Positions 40,750 to 52,577 of a stretch of 64,000 nt of DNA are shown here, in pieces; position 1 is the first letter of the stretch; each line of letters begins with the position of its first letter. A model generated the notes under the pieces. That model ran no database searches. It had not been told where the DNA came from and saw only the letters and a list, made by a program, of their open reading frames with translations. Origin of the DNA: Chrysomallon squamiferum (taxonomy: Eukaryota; Animalia; Mollusca). The stretch covers positions 10,230,001 through 10,294,000 of the forward strand of contig CM022676.1 of the NCBI GenBank assembly GCA_012295275.1. The letters run 5' to 3'. Both the position numbers and the translations under genes were made by a program.

Positions 40750-42747
40750 TGTAAAGTAAAGAATAATTAAAATTTTAAAATAATGAGACATTTTCTTCAT
40801 TTGATTTGATTTGATTTTGTCTGTTTTAGATTGTTTATTACTATTATTATAATTTAGTTTTTAATTAATTATTTTTTGTTTTAGTACATACAGACATAAA
40901 TGGTTCAAGATATTTCTTTTGATTTTTATGTTGCAGTTTATTTACATTTTTCTTTCTTCTTCTTCTTCTTCTAATAATAATAATAAGCATTAAAGAAACG
41001 ATAATTTAATATTATTATGTAAGAAATACTTTCATTATCGACAGCAGTGTTTTAAAAAAATGTTATGAGGAACATTTAAGAAAATAAGTAACTAATGACA
41101 AGTCAGGGTTTAAGTTTCTGACATATATAGTATTTGAATAAACAGATTGCACTATCTGTCTATGAGGCCAAATGTTTTTCTTCCACAGGTGCCCTCAAAA
41201 TTGTTAAACCGACTGACGACGATGTCCTTAAGGATGGTGAAACATTCAACTTTCTGTGCAAGGATGACTTCTCCTACATGAAACTTGATATATGGTTTGA
41301 ACTGGCATCGCAAAAAATCGACAGCAAATCAACGAGTGAAAAGATTGGTGGAGTTTTTAGATGCATAGGAACCTTTTCAATGAAGATCACCAGACTGAAT
41401 GATGAACAGATCCTGATGTGTTTAGGCAAAGGAGAGAGGGGTCCAATTATTCGAGATTCAGTTGCGTTAAAAGTAGAATGTAAGTAATTTGTTATGTTAT
41501 AGATATGGGTTTTTCATTGTGTGTTATAATTAGTATTGTGCTGGCCCACCAACAGAATGGGAAGTTAGTATTGTGCATGATCAAAAAGCAATGGTGAAAG
41601 GATTAAAAAAAAAAAAAAAAAAAATGGAAACTGAAAAAGAGAAGAAAAAAGTTATATGTTATGTACGATTTAAGATAGCCTTCAGCTTCAGCTAACCTCA
41701 GTAAAACTGTGTACTTTTTAAACAAATATAAATAGAAACAAGAAAAAGAATTTAAAAAAAAAAAGAAAAGAAAAAGAAAAATGAAAAAGAGAAGAAAAAA
41801 ATTATATATTTATTCTGTACAATTTAAAATATTCTTCAGCAGTTCCTTCATCATTACAATTGTGATGGCCTATCTGACTGAAAAACCAAAAAATAATAAA
41901 TAAAAATAGAAATTTAAAAATAGAGAAAAGAAAAAATAATTATGTATTTATTGTGCACAATTCAAAGTAATCTTCAGTGTTCCCCTCCCAGTGAAAATTG
42001 TTATAATATTTTGTTTATCTTATGAGTGGGGACTCAACACAAAAGTTTTGACCCACTGTTACAAAATAAATCTGTTTCATCCATGTTTAAAGTAAACAAC
42101 TTCTTGAGTGTTCTGAATTTATATTATAAAATGTTTTGCAGTTTCTTGATCTATAACATATTCATTTTGAATTCTAATGTTATACATTTTTTAAAAACTA
42201 CCAGACAGTGAGCTATCTAAAAAAATTTTTTTTATAAAAATAAGTAAATAAAAAAGCTTTTTCTGTTAACGCATTTTTATCAGAATTTCAAAGTTGTTTA
42301 ATTGTTTTTTAAACTCTACTAAATATTCTTATGTGGACTGTGTTTAGTAAGTAACATTCCTTGTGTGGTAAAAATAAAAAACCTCAGTAATTTCAAGACG
42401 GCGCTAACTTGAAAAACGTCCATAATGTGTTAATCAGAGCATTCCTGGAATGTGAAAAAAACAAGAACTTTGTCAGTTAAATTTTTCTAGTTGTTTGAAA
42501 GGCAGACATCTGCTTCACGTATGGAATTGTCCTGCTCACTTCACATAGTATTAATTCTTGGACAGCATCTCTTTAACACAGGCTGTCAAATGATTCGTGT
42601 TGTCATGGTGATGTTTGGGAGAACTTTCCAACACAAAAATGAGAATTGCAATCATATTAGACTGATTAGAATGATTTTCAGAAGCACTGGTTAAAAATTA
42701 ACTTATTTTACATTTTGAATAAAATACAGGTGTGTCTGTCTGAATAT

Positions 42748-42787
<40 letters not shown>

Positions 42788-45700
42788 AGTTTATATATTT
42801 ATTTGACAGTCTTTATATATTTTACAGTTTATAACCAAGTTTTACAGTTCTCATACACATTTTACCATTTATATTCATATTTTACAGTTTATATGCACAT
42901 TTTCAGTTTACATACATGTTTTACAGTATACATACATATTTTACAGTTTATATAGACATTTTGCAGTTAATATACTTTTTAAACTGTTTATATTTATAGT
43001 TTATATATGTTTTACGGTTAATATACATATTTTACAGTTTATATATGTTTTATGGTTAATATACATATTTTACAGTTTATATCCATGTTTTACAGTTTAT
43101 ATACATTTTACAAGTTAATATAAATGTTTTCATTTGGTACAGCTAATATTATGGAATTTAACAATTTATATACACCTTTTACATTCACATTTTACAGTTC
43201 ATATTACATGACAGACAGACAGACAGACAGACAGACAGAAAACAATTTAACAGGTATGCATGCTAATCAGATCAAGCTGTTGTCAAGCACACTGTCGCAG
43301 AACTATGTACACGCTTTTACAGTTAGTTTACGCAAACACTTTTCAGTTGCCCCAGTAGCCACAGTGGAGTCTGCTGTAGTGAAAGGTTACCTCGGGGAGA
43401 ACGTTGTCATCCAGTGCAACTACGAATCCCGCCCGAAGACTGGGCACGTGTTTTTCTTCAAGCGCGACGACCCGCCAATGGATGTTGGATCGGGCCGGTT
43501 TCTTCAGGGCTGGATTCACGTGCGGACAGAACACGACAACAGAAACACTCTGACGATATACAGAGTGGAGAGGAGAGATGCAGGCACTTACTACTGCGTG
43601 GCTGAGAACAAGTTTGCATCGGTGGAGAGTCCTAACATAAGACTTGATGTGGAAAGTGAGTATGTCTGTGTGGCTGTGTGTGTGTGTGTGTGTGTGTGTG
43701 TGTCTCAGAGTTTTTCTTCAGGCTTTTTTTGTTACACCGTTCCGTGATATTTTATAACGATTTCAGTTCATCCAGTAATATATACGTTTTATTGTTGTTG
43801 TTTTTTTTTTTTTTACAATTTCAGATAATTCAGAGATTTGTTTTAACAATTTTAGTTCATCCCAAGATATTTTTTCACAAATTCAGTTTGTCCCAAATTT
43901 TTTTTAATAATCTTTGTTCATCCAAAAAAAAAAAAAAAATGTTATAATTTCAGCCAATCCCATATTTGACAATTTCAGTTCACCTGCAAAATACCATTTT
44001 TAATTATTTCAGTTTGTCAAACACACTGTTTGATTACTTCAGCTTGCCCTGAAGCGATACCATTTTTAGCTATTTCAGTTCATCCAGATAAATTACGTTC
44101 GATTAGTTTAATTCGATAAACATTTTTCACTACTTCAGTTCGTCCAATTCTGAAGTCAACTCCTGATGTCAAGCTGCTGAAAAGAAAAGGGAGTATCACC
44201 TTTACATGTAGCTTCACTCTCGACCCACCGCCCACTGAAATCAGGTGGGTGAAAATAGCCAAAGACAAACATGAAGTAATCAAAATGAATGAGCGCTTCA
44301 GTTACGACGGCTCGCTGAAAAGTCCCGTGCAGATGACAGTTCGTAATCTGGACTACAACGACACGGATAACTACACTTGTGAAATTGTCAATGACAGAGG
44401 AGCCATACAGACTAAGTATTTAAGAGTCTGTATAGGATGTGAGTGCTTTACAATCTCATTTTTATCTTGTGTGCAAATTTTCGGTGTGTACAAATTATGA
44501 ACGTGGTCGAGGGGCTATGTCGGTTTCGTGTTTATTTAACAGTTTTTAACGATGTAACCGTATTTATTTAAAAGACTGAATAGGGTGTAAGTATTTTATA
44601 ATCTTAATTTTATCTTGTGATCACTTTTGGTGGGTTTCATGTTTATTTAAGAATGTGTATAAGATGTAAGGATATTTATTTAAGTGTAGGATCTAAGTAT
44701 TTTGTATTCTTATTTTTATCTTGTCTGTAATTTTGGTGGGTAGAAGGGTCCGTATAGGTACATGGTTGTGGGATAAATGGGTTGCTTATGTGTGTGGGCT
44801 GGTACAGACATTTCAATTTGGTGAAGGAATGGATACATTTGTATATGGGATACATTTGTATATGTGTACTGACCAAGTTGGTGTATGTGTATGGGTTAAG
44901 TAGGTATATGTGTATGGGTTAAGTAGGTATATATGTATGGGCTAAATAGGTACGTGTTTGGGCTAGGTTGGTGTATATGTTTGGGTTATGTAGGTATATA
45001 TTATGTATATAGGCTAAATAGGTATGTATGTATGAGCTAAATAGATATGTATGTATGGCCTAATAGATATGTATGTATGGGCTAAACAGATATGTATTTA
45101 TTGGCTAAATAGATATGTATGTATTGGCTGAACAGATATGTATTTATGGGCTAAATAGGTATATATGTATGGGCTAAATAGGTATATATGTATGGGCTAA
45201 ATAGATTATGTATGTATGGCTAAATAGATATGTATTCATGCGCTAAATAGATACGTATTCATGGGCTAAATAGGTATGTATGTATAGGCTAAATAGGTAT
45301 ATATGTATGGGCTAAATAGGTATATATGTATGGGCTAAATAGATTATGTATGTATGGCTAAATAGATATGTATTCATGGGCTAAATAGATATGTATGTTA
45401 TATGAGTGGATCTGAGAATGTACATTATACTCACAGGGGTATATGGAGGTACATGTGTAAATCTGGCGTGAATGAGTGCGCTTGCATCTGTAAGGTAAGA
45501 AGTAAGTGTATATAATGGCCAAATACTGTGCATGTTTATTAATTAAATTTATTGAGTTGTGTGTGTTTTGTGCATTGTGTGTGTTGCTGAGGATATGGGC
45601 ATTTATGTGTTTGTCTGTGTGTGTGTTCCAAAGTTTCAGTAAGGATAATTAATTTATCAGATAGGGAATTAAGGGTGCCAGTTACCCTAACTTAATGTTT

Positions 45701-48700
45701 AAAGCATTTAAGGTTTTGAAAAAAAAAAAGGGACATTTCTTTTTAGATTACCCAGTGAATTTAACCTCATCATCTTCACACATAAGTAGTCCAGATCTCT
45801 AGTACTAGCTCAACTGGTCCAATATTTTTGGAGACAAGGGCTCCCAAAGTTTGTCATTTTACCAAAAAAAAGGGCATGATTTTGATGACATTGATGTCAT
45901 TGGAAAGCTAATGTGATAAGAATTCCAAATCTGTCATTACTTTCTTGAAAGCTGGATTTCGATAACCCCTCGACCTTGAATTTGACTTACATCAGACTTT
46001 AAGATCATGTTATAACTAAAAGGGTTAAAATACTGAAACAAAAAAAACAAAAAAAAAAATATTTCAAATTTAAAAATAATTTAAAAAAAAAAGAAGAATA
46101 AAACAGATGAAAAACTGAATAAATTTTAAAAAAACATTCTTAAAAATACTCAACCATTTGATTCTAGAATCATTACCTCTTTTCAAAATTTTTAGTAAAT
46201 ATTATTTCAGATTCACCACTTCTGAACATTACACCTGCAACAGTGGTTGTCAGGGAAAAGAGCCAATTCTCACTGCAGTGTAACTGGGATGCCCAGCCTG
46301 CTATTTGGAAAATTAAATGGTTTCATGAAACTGACAACGGCAGTGTTGAGATAAGGTCTCTTCACGCAAAATACGACTTCAAGGGACGTAATCGCAAAAA
46401 CCCGAGTCCGTTGTATGTATCTCGTGTAAAGATGAACGACTCTGGCATCTACACTTGCTATGGAATTAACGAGAAGGGCACAGCTTACTCCAAAAACAAG
46501 GCTGAAGTGACCGTTCAGTGTAAGTATGTAGAAAACACTGTACGTTGCAGAACAACTGAACGTTTCTAGGTGTATACTGACTACTGTAGGATTTAAATAG
46601 GTGAGGCACTTGAGATGTTTGTTGTAAGCAGTTATAAATAAAAAGTATAAAAGTTGACGTGCTTGTAAGCAGGTTTTAAATAAGTATAAGAGTTGAGGTG
46701 TTAATAAGTGTAGGTTTTTAATAGGTGCAGCAGTTGAGGTGTTTATAAGTGTAGGTTCTAAATAGATGCAACACGTGAGATGTTTGTATGTGTAGGTTTT
46801 AAATAGGTGCAGCAAGTGAGATGTTTGTAAGTGTAGGTTTTAAATAGGTGCAGCAATTGAGATGTTTGTAAGTGTTGGTTTTAAACAGGTGCAGCAAGTG
46901 AGATGTTTGTAAGTGTAGGTTTTAAATAGGTGCAGCAGCTGAAGTCTGATACATCTTTTAGTCATTGAGTTCTGTGTTTGATCTGGTGTCTGTCCATTGA
47001 ATTAAGTGTGATGTTTATTCATTAAATATGGTTTATTCATTAGATATATTCATTCATTCATTCAGTGTGATGTTTATTAATTAAATGATGTTTATTTATT
47101 AATTATTCATCCTTTAAATGTGATGTTTTATTCATCCACTCAATGTGATTATTCATTATGTATGTTTATTAATTAAATCTTTATTTATTCATTAAATGTT
47201 ATGTTTATTAAATATGTTTACTTAATCATTAAATATGATGTTTATTCATTCATTAAATATGATGCATATTATTTTATTTATTTATTTATTCACTGAACAG
47301 GTTGTGGTATTTTTATTCCATAAATATATGTTGTGTATTTATTTATTAAATGAGATATGGTTTCTTGATCACTATTCATGCATACCAAAATAATGGATAT
47401 TTTTCACTAATTGTGATATGGTGATTCATCTTGTATGATGTGTTTATTCAAACTGTGTAGTTATTCATCAAGAATATGCTTATTAAAGTATAATATGCCA
47501 TACATATTATACATTTGTTAATCTGATGTTTGATTTATTTATTTATTTATTTATTATTATTATTATTATTGTTGTTGTTGTGTAGAATTACGGATTTATA
47601 TATTAAGGCTGATCTGGAGCATGATATTAATTTGTTTATTCATTTATTTATTCGTTAAGATTACCCAAGAACTAATGAAAAATACAGCAAGATTGATGCC
47701 ATTTTTGGATGGTTGTTTCAGTGTATTTTATTAATTAATTTGTTTATTCATTCAGTCTACCCAAGGCCAATTAGGAAATACACCAAGATTATTGTCCATG
47801 GTGGAAAGAAAGTAAAACTGAAATGTCCTGTGTTTGCTGTCCCACCTGACATGAATTACACCTGGAAGTACAAACTGTACTTTATGAAGGAACAAACTGA
47901 AACAATACAGGTTGAAACAGGACCTCTTGGTAAAGGATTTGGACTTTATACCTGTGTGGCAATGAACATGATAGGAAAATCAGAAAATGTGTATCTTCAC
48001 ATTATTGGTATTTCTAAAATAAATTATTTGGCGTCTCTCTCTGTCTGTCTGTCTGTCCAACTATCTATATGTCTGTCTGTAGTCTGTCCACCAACTATCT
48101 GTATGTTTATCTAGTTTTCTTTTTGTCCATATAATAACAACCTCTCTCTCTCTCCCTCTCCTCTCCTCCCCCTCCCTCCCTCCCTCTCTCTCTATGCCTT
48201 AAATTTTCAATATCCCTTATCTGAAATCAGGAAATTAAATATTATATTACAGAAAAAGAATCGGATGTTAACAAGAGTACCAGTTATAGTGACTTGCACC
48301 GAAACAAAACAGGTAACTTCTTTTTAATTTTTTTTAAATTACAACATTGTACTTGGAACTGTACACAAAAGGTACAAACACACACACACACACAGACAAA
48401 CATGTAAAAGCATAGGCATACATACACATACATTTGTGTGTGTGTGTGTGTGTGTGTTTAATTATACTCCCCACTGATATATTCATGCCCCCACTTTATC
48501 AAAATGAAGGACTGTTTAAGAACTATTACATAATTCGAAGACTAAAAAAAGTTTTTATTTCTATTAATACTTTTATTTGGAAACATTACAACCTCACTAT
48601 TCAAAAACTGCATGATCTTCATTAAATTTTTTATAAATAAAAATGTCACATGACTCAATAAAGAACATCCCCCCACCCTCTGTTTCTCTTCCCTTGTGTC

Positions 48701-51700
48701 CTGTACTGCAAAACACACATCTGTGCATGGGTTACTAAGTGAAAAACAAACAGCTCATGTAGGTCTTCAGAAAAAAAGTGAAGAGCAAGAATGCAGGCTA
48801 ATGCAAATTATTTTTTGTTATATTTACTTATTAATTCATTTTAAATATTTGTTTATTATTTATTTTTATATATATATATATTTTTTTTTTTTAAATGTTT
48901 ATTTATTAATGATTTATTATTATTATTTATTTATGGTTACATTTTAAATCTTTTTTTAACAATTAAAAAATCAGTCATTCTGTTAATGTTATAAAAATCA
49001 ATCAAATATACTTGTTGTTTATCAATTCTTATCAATATATTATTTTTTATTATTCAAGTAAGTTTTCCTTTTTTTCATTAACAATCATAAAAATCTATTA
49101 TTATTATTATTATAGTTATTAGTGGTATGTATGTGTGTATATATATATATATCTGATAATCATAAAAATGTATCATTCTATTTTTCAGAAAGTTATTGGT
49201 CTGAAAAATATCATATACACTTATGTCTTTTCTACTTTTTTTTTTTCTTATTATTATTCTGTCAGTTTTATTTGATTTTATTCACTTTTTATTTATTTTT
49301 AATTTTTTTAATTTTTTTTTTTCCCATTGATAGCAAACGTTAATCACATACATTTGTCCATTATTCAGATGAATATGAATATGGATTTCTAGATTCATTC
49401 AGAGGCCATTTTGGAACAAATGTAAAATTTCTTATTGTGTTTCAGTATTATTATTGTTATTATTTTTTGCATTAGTGTTAATGTTTTTATTATCATTATA
49501 CCCCTATCATTGGGATATAATTTTTTTTTTTTAATTATTGTTATTGTTACTGTTATTATTGTTGGTATTATTTATTATTACTATTATTTATATCATTACT
49601 ATTATTGTTATTTATTATTATCATTATTGTTGTTATCATTGGTATTATTATTTTTATTATTATTATTAATATTATTACTATTGTTGTATTGTATTGTTGT
49701 TATTTTAGTTACAATGGAATTGTGCTGATACTCTTAGAAATCAATATAAATGGAATGTTATTATATTATTATTATTGAGGTTTTTCTTCAAATGTTTTGT
49801 CTTTTTATGTTTTTGTTGTTAATATTAATAATGTCATTTGTATTATTATTATTATTATTGTTGTTATTATTCTTATTATTATTGTTTATTGTTATTGTTA
49901 TTCTTGTTGTTGTTACTATTATGGTTTGTTATGATTTCTATTTTTTATTATTACTGTTGTAATACTGGTCTTATTATTGTTGTTGTTGTTATTATTGATA
50001 GTGTTTTTATTGTTATTTTTATTACTGATGTTGTTATTATATTATTATTGTTGATGTTGCTTTTGTTGTTATTTTAATTGTCATTGTTGTTATTTTAATT
50101 GCAGTTGTTGTTATTGGTGATGATGTATATATTGTTTTTGCTTACAGACAAAAAGGGAGATAACAAAACAAATGAGATTATATATGAAGGTGATTTGATT
50201 AATATTCTCAGTACAGTCTATTAGTTACACTTGTCCACTGAAACAAGTCACAAAAGCAAGCAAAACCAGTCAAAACAACACTGATCCATTGAAACCAGTC
50301 ACAAAAGCACACAAAACCAATCAAAACGAGAATCAATCACGTTAATAATTAGTCACATTCATTACACAATCTTAGCCATTCGTATACCAAAATCTGTGAT
50401 ATTAATACACAAAAATTAGTTACTTTAATACAGCTGTTTTATTAACTTTATCTTCTGACATTGTCAGAACCTATGACAGAGATAGACAATTGAAATCATT
50501 GGCTAGTAAACAAAATTAGCTGCTTTACTAACATTTGCTTCATCTTCTGTCCTTGTCAGATCCTATGACAGAGACAGACAATTGAAAGCATTGGCTAGTA
50601 AACAAAATTAACTGCTTTATTAATGCTTGCTTTATCTTCTGTTCTTGTCAGATCCTTTGGACAGAGATGCACAATTGAAATCATTGGCTAGTAAACTTTC
50701 TCAGTCGCTGTCTGGAGTGAAATGGTGGGTGATAGCTGCAGCAATAGTGGGGCCTATCTGTTTTATAGTTTTGACTTATGGAGGATATCGGTTTTACAAA
50801 AAATGTAAGTTTTAAAAAAGTATTACTTTAAATATTGTTCCTTTTTTTTCTTTCTTTTTTTTGGACATGTAAGGTGTAAGTTTTAAAAAAAATATTGTGT
50901 TAAAGATTGTTTTGTTTGCATGTAAGATGTAAGTTTCAAAATGAATTACATTAAAAAAGTTGTTTGAATGTAAAATGTCAGTTTTCAAAAATATTATATT
51001 ACAAAAGCTGTTTGAAAATAACCTGCAAGTTTTAAAAAAGTATTAGATTAAAAATATTGTTTGAATTTAAAATGTCAGTTTTAAAAATGTATGACATAAA
51101 AAATTGTCATTTTAAAACTATATAAATGTGCTTGTAATTATGTCATTTTTACCTCATGCAAAGTAAAACAAGTGTTATTTTTATCTTTTGCAGACTATAA
51201 CAGGTGTTTATATCTTATACAAACTATTTTTTTTTGTCTACATACTATAATAAGTGTTATTTTTATCTCTTGTCGAGTGTAAGAAATGTTATGTTTATCA
51301 TATTCAAACAGAGACATGTCAATTTTATCATCTGCAGACAGATGTTGTTTTAATCTTGTACAGACAGAACAAAAGTGTTGTTGCATTTTTATCTTATACA
51401 AACTATGATTATTATCTTTATCTCCAACATGTTAAAATAATATAACTTTTAATTCGCATAGCCTGTGACTGTTATTAATATCTCCTTTGTACTGTGTAAA
51501 GAGATAGTTTTGTCTTATCCACACTATCATTGTTATTTGTGTCTTCTATTCTGTATTATTATCTTTTACATTCTACAATAATATTACTTTTTAACTCCTG
51601 AAGACTATCATTCTTGCATTTATCTCCTACAAACTATGACTGTTATTTTTAATTTCTATTTACAATAACTATTGCTATTTTTATTCTGTATATTGTCTTA

Positions 51701-52501
51701 TTATTATTGTTGGTTCTCTGGGTTTTTTGTAGGACATACTGTAGGCTTTGATTTTTATTTTCATCTCCTTTAAACTGTTATTTTTAATTTTATACACACT
51801 ACAATAACAATTTTATCCTATAATGTTATACAGTTGTTTTAGGTTTTTTTAACTTACAAAGACACTGTATTATATAGTTGATTTTTTAATTGTTTTTATA
51901 TCTTACATAGATGAATTGTAAGTTATGATTGTTATTTTCATCTTTTAGAAACTATGAATGGTTAATTTTTATTTCACATGTAGTTTAATTCGTTGTTTTT
52001 TTCTGTTTTTTTTTCAACTCTTACACAGACAAACTGGAGAAGCAGAAGAAAGCAGATCGTGGGGGAGAGTCGAGTGATAGCTTTGAGGAAAGTAGTGAAT
52101 CAAAGTCTAGCGAAGTTGAGGGAACAGAAAATGAGTCAGCAGAAGCTAAACCAACAGAAGCTAAGCCAACACCAGCTATGCCAATACTAGCTAAGCCAAT
52201 ACAAGCTAGGCCAAAACCAGCTAATCCGTTACTAGCTAAGCTGTTACAAGCTAAGACGACACCAGCTAAGCCAACAGAAGCTAATCCAACAGAAGACAAG
52301 CCGACAGAAGCTATTCCAACAGAAGACAAGCCGGCAGAAGACAAGCCAGCAGAAGACAAGCCATCAGGTTCAAGTATTAAGAAGGGCCAAAGCGAAGCAG
52401 AGGTGATCAAAGAGGTGAAGTCGGTGAAATCAGTTGCGTCCCAGAAAAGCACTGTACTGAAGAAAAACCGTGTGTCAAATGCTCCTGACGAAGACAACTA
52501 A
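40641..52501 (+). CDS. IgSF gene C: type-I membrane protein, signal peptide + 5 Ig-like domains + stalk + TM + low-complexity tail (~749 aa, 10 coding exons)
   Basis: Exons 40641-40701, 41189-41479, 43347-43655, 44139-44438, 46211-46519, 47756-48007, 48253-48312, 50148-50189, 50652-50804, 52029-52501 join in frame (2250 nt), all phase 1. Signal MKFFRLFSCLHAFCMLLFVEG; TM WWVIAAAIVGPICFIVLTYGGY. Confidence 0.87.
41189..41479 (+). CDS. Gene C exon 2, Ig D1 (divergent C2-like)
   Basis: LKDGETFNFLC..LDIWF...NDEQILMCLG; ccacag acceptor, T|gtaagt. Confidence 0.85.
42780..43200 (+). repeat. ~22-bp minisatellite in gene C intron 2
   Basis: Unit ~ttttacagtttatatacatat. Confidence 0.85.
43347..43655 (+). 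CDS. Gene C exon 3, Ig D2
   Basis: LGENVVIQCNYESRP...LTIYRVERRDAGTYYCVAEN; A|gtgagt. Confidence 0.92.
44139..44438 (+). CDS. Gene C exon 4, Ig D3
   Basis: GSITFTCSFTLDPPPTEIRWVK...MTVRNLDYNDTDNYTCEIVN; T|gtgagt. Confidence 0.9.
44880..45400 (+). repeat. ~23-bp minisatellite in gene C intron 4
   Basis: Unit ~atgggctaaataggtatatatgt. Confidence 0.9.
46211..46519 (+). CDS. Gene C exon 5, Ig D4
   Basis: FSLQCNWDAQPAIWKIKWFH...VKMNDSGIYTCYGINEKG; T|gtaagt. Confidence 0.92.
46570..46940 (+). repeat. 41-bp minisatellite in gene C intron 5
   Basis: Unit gagatgtttgtaagtgtaggttttaaataggtgcagcaagt. Confidence 0.9.
47756..48007 (+). CDS. Gene C exon 6, short Ig D5
   Basis: KVKLKCPVFAVPPDMNYTWK...FGLYTCVAMNMIG; G|gtattt. 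Confidence 0.88.
48253..48312 (+). CDS. Gene C exon 7, stalk exon
   Basis: ttacag acceptor, EKESDVNKSTSYSDLHRNKT, G|gtaact; 60 nt. Confidence 0.62.
50148..50189 (+). CDS. Gene C exon 8, stalk microexon
   Basis: cttacag acceptor, DKKGDNKTNEIIYE, G|gtgatt; 42 nt. Confidence 0.55.
50412..50696 (+). repeat. 92-bp triplication spanning the acceptor and first ~45 nt of the gene C TM exon
   Basis: AG acceptors end at 50467, 50559 and 50651 (spacing 92); shared tcttctg..cttgtcaga.cct...acagaga...acaattgaaa.cattggctagtaaac. Confidence 0.92.
50652..50804 (+). CDS. Gene C exon 9, transmembrane exon
   Basis: DPLDRDAQLKSLASKLSQSLSGVKWWVIAAAIVGPICFIVLTYGGYRFYKK; T|gtaagt. Confidence 0.88.
52029..52501 (+). 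CDS. Gene C exon 10, cytoplasmic tail with Ser/Glu-rich segment and (A/D)KP(T/A)E pentapeptide repeats
   Basis: acacag acceptor; open frame YKLEKQKKADRGGESSDSFEESSE...APDEDN*. Confidence 0.85.
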
Positions 52502-52577
52502 CTGTATTTAACAGAACAAAAATAAATTCAGTCAAACAGCTCGTCACTGCTTTAAAATGATCTCTGGTACGTAAAGG

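Noticed and set aside
45660-46028. piggyBac-like end (agggttaa at 46021)
   Set aside because: No convincing matching left terminus.
49435-50077. Hydrophobic poly-L/I/Y/V ORFs resembling multi-pass membrane proteins (also 971-1198, 4812-5054, 31322-31713, 56397-56828)
   Set aside because: Products of (TAT)n/(TGT)n simple repeats in introns and intergenic DNA.
52021-52497. 158-aa minus-strand ORF with GLASV repeats
   Set aside because: Antisense shadow of the gene C tail repeat; likewise 20877-21161, 24078-24422, 31016-31267 and 46270-46815 shadow Ig exons.
19412-52501. A single giant 12-Ig gene or a Dscam-like mutually exclusive exon array
   Set aside because: Three separate leader, TM and stop-containing exons are present, and the similar exons (A D1/D3) are separated by a different domain rather than arrayed.
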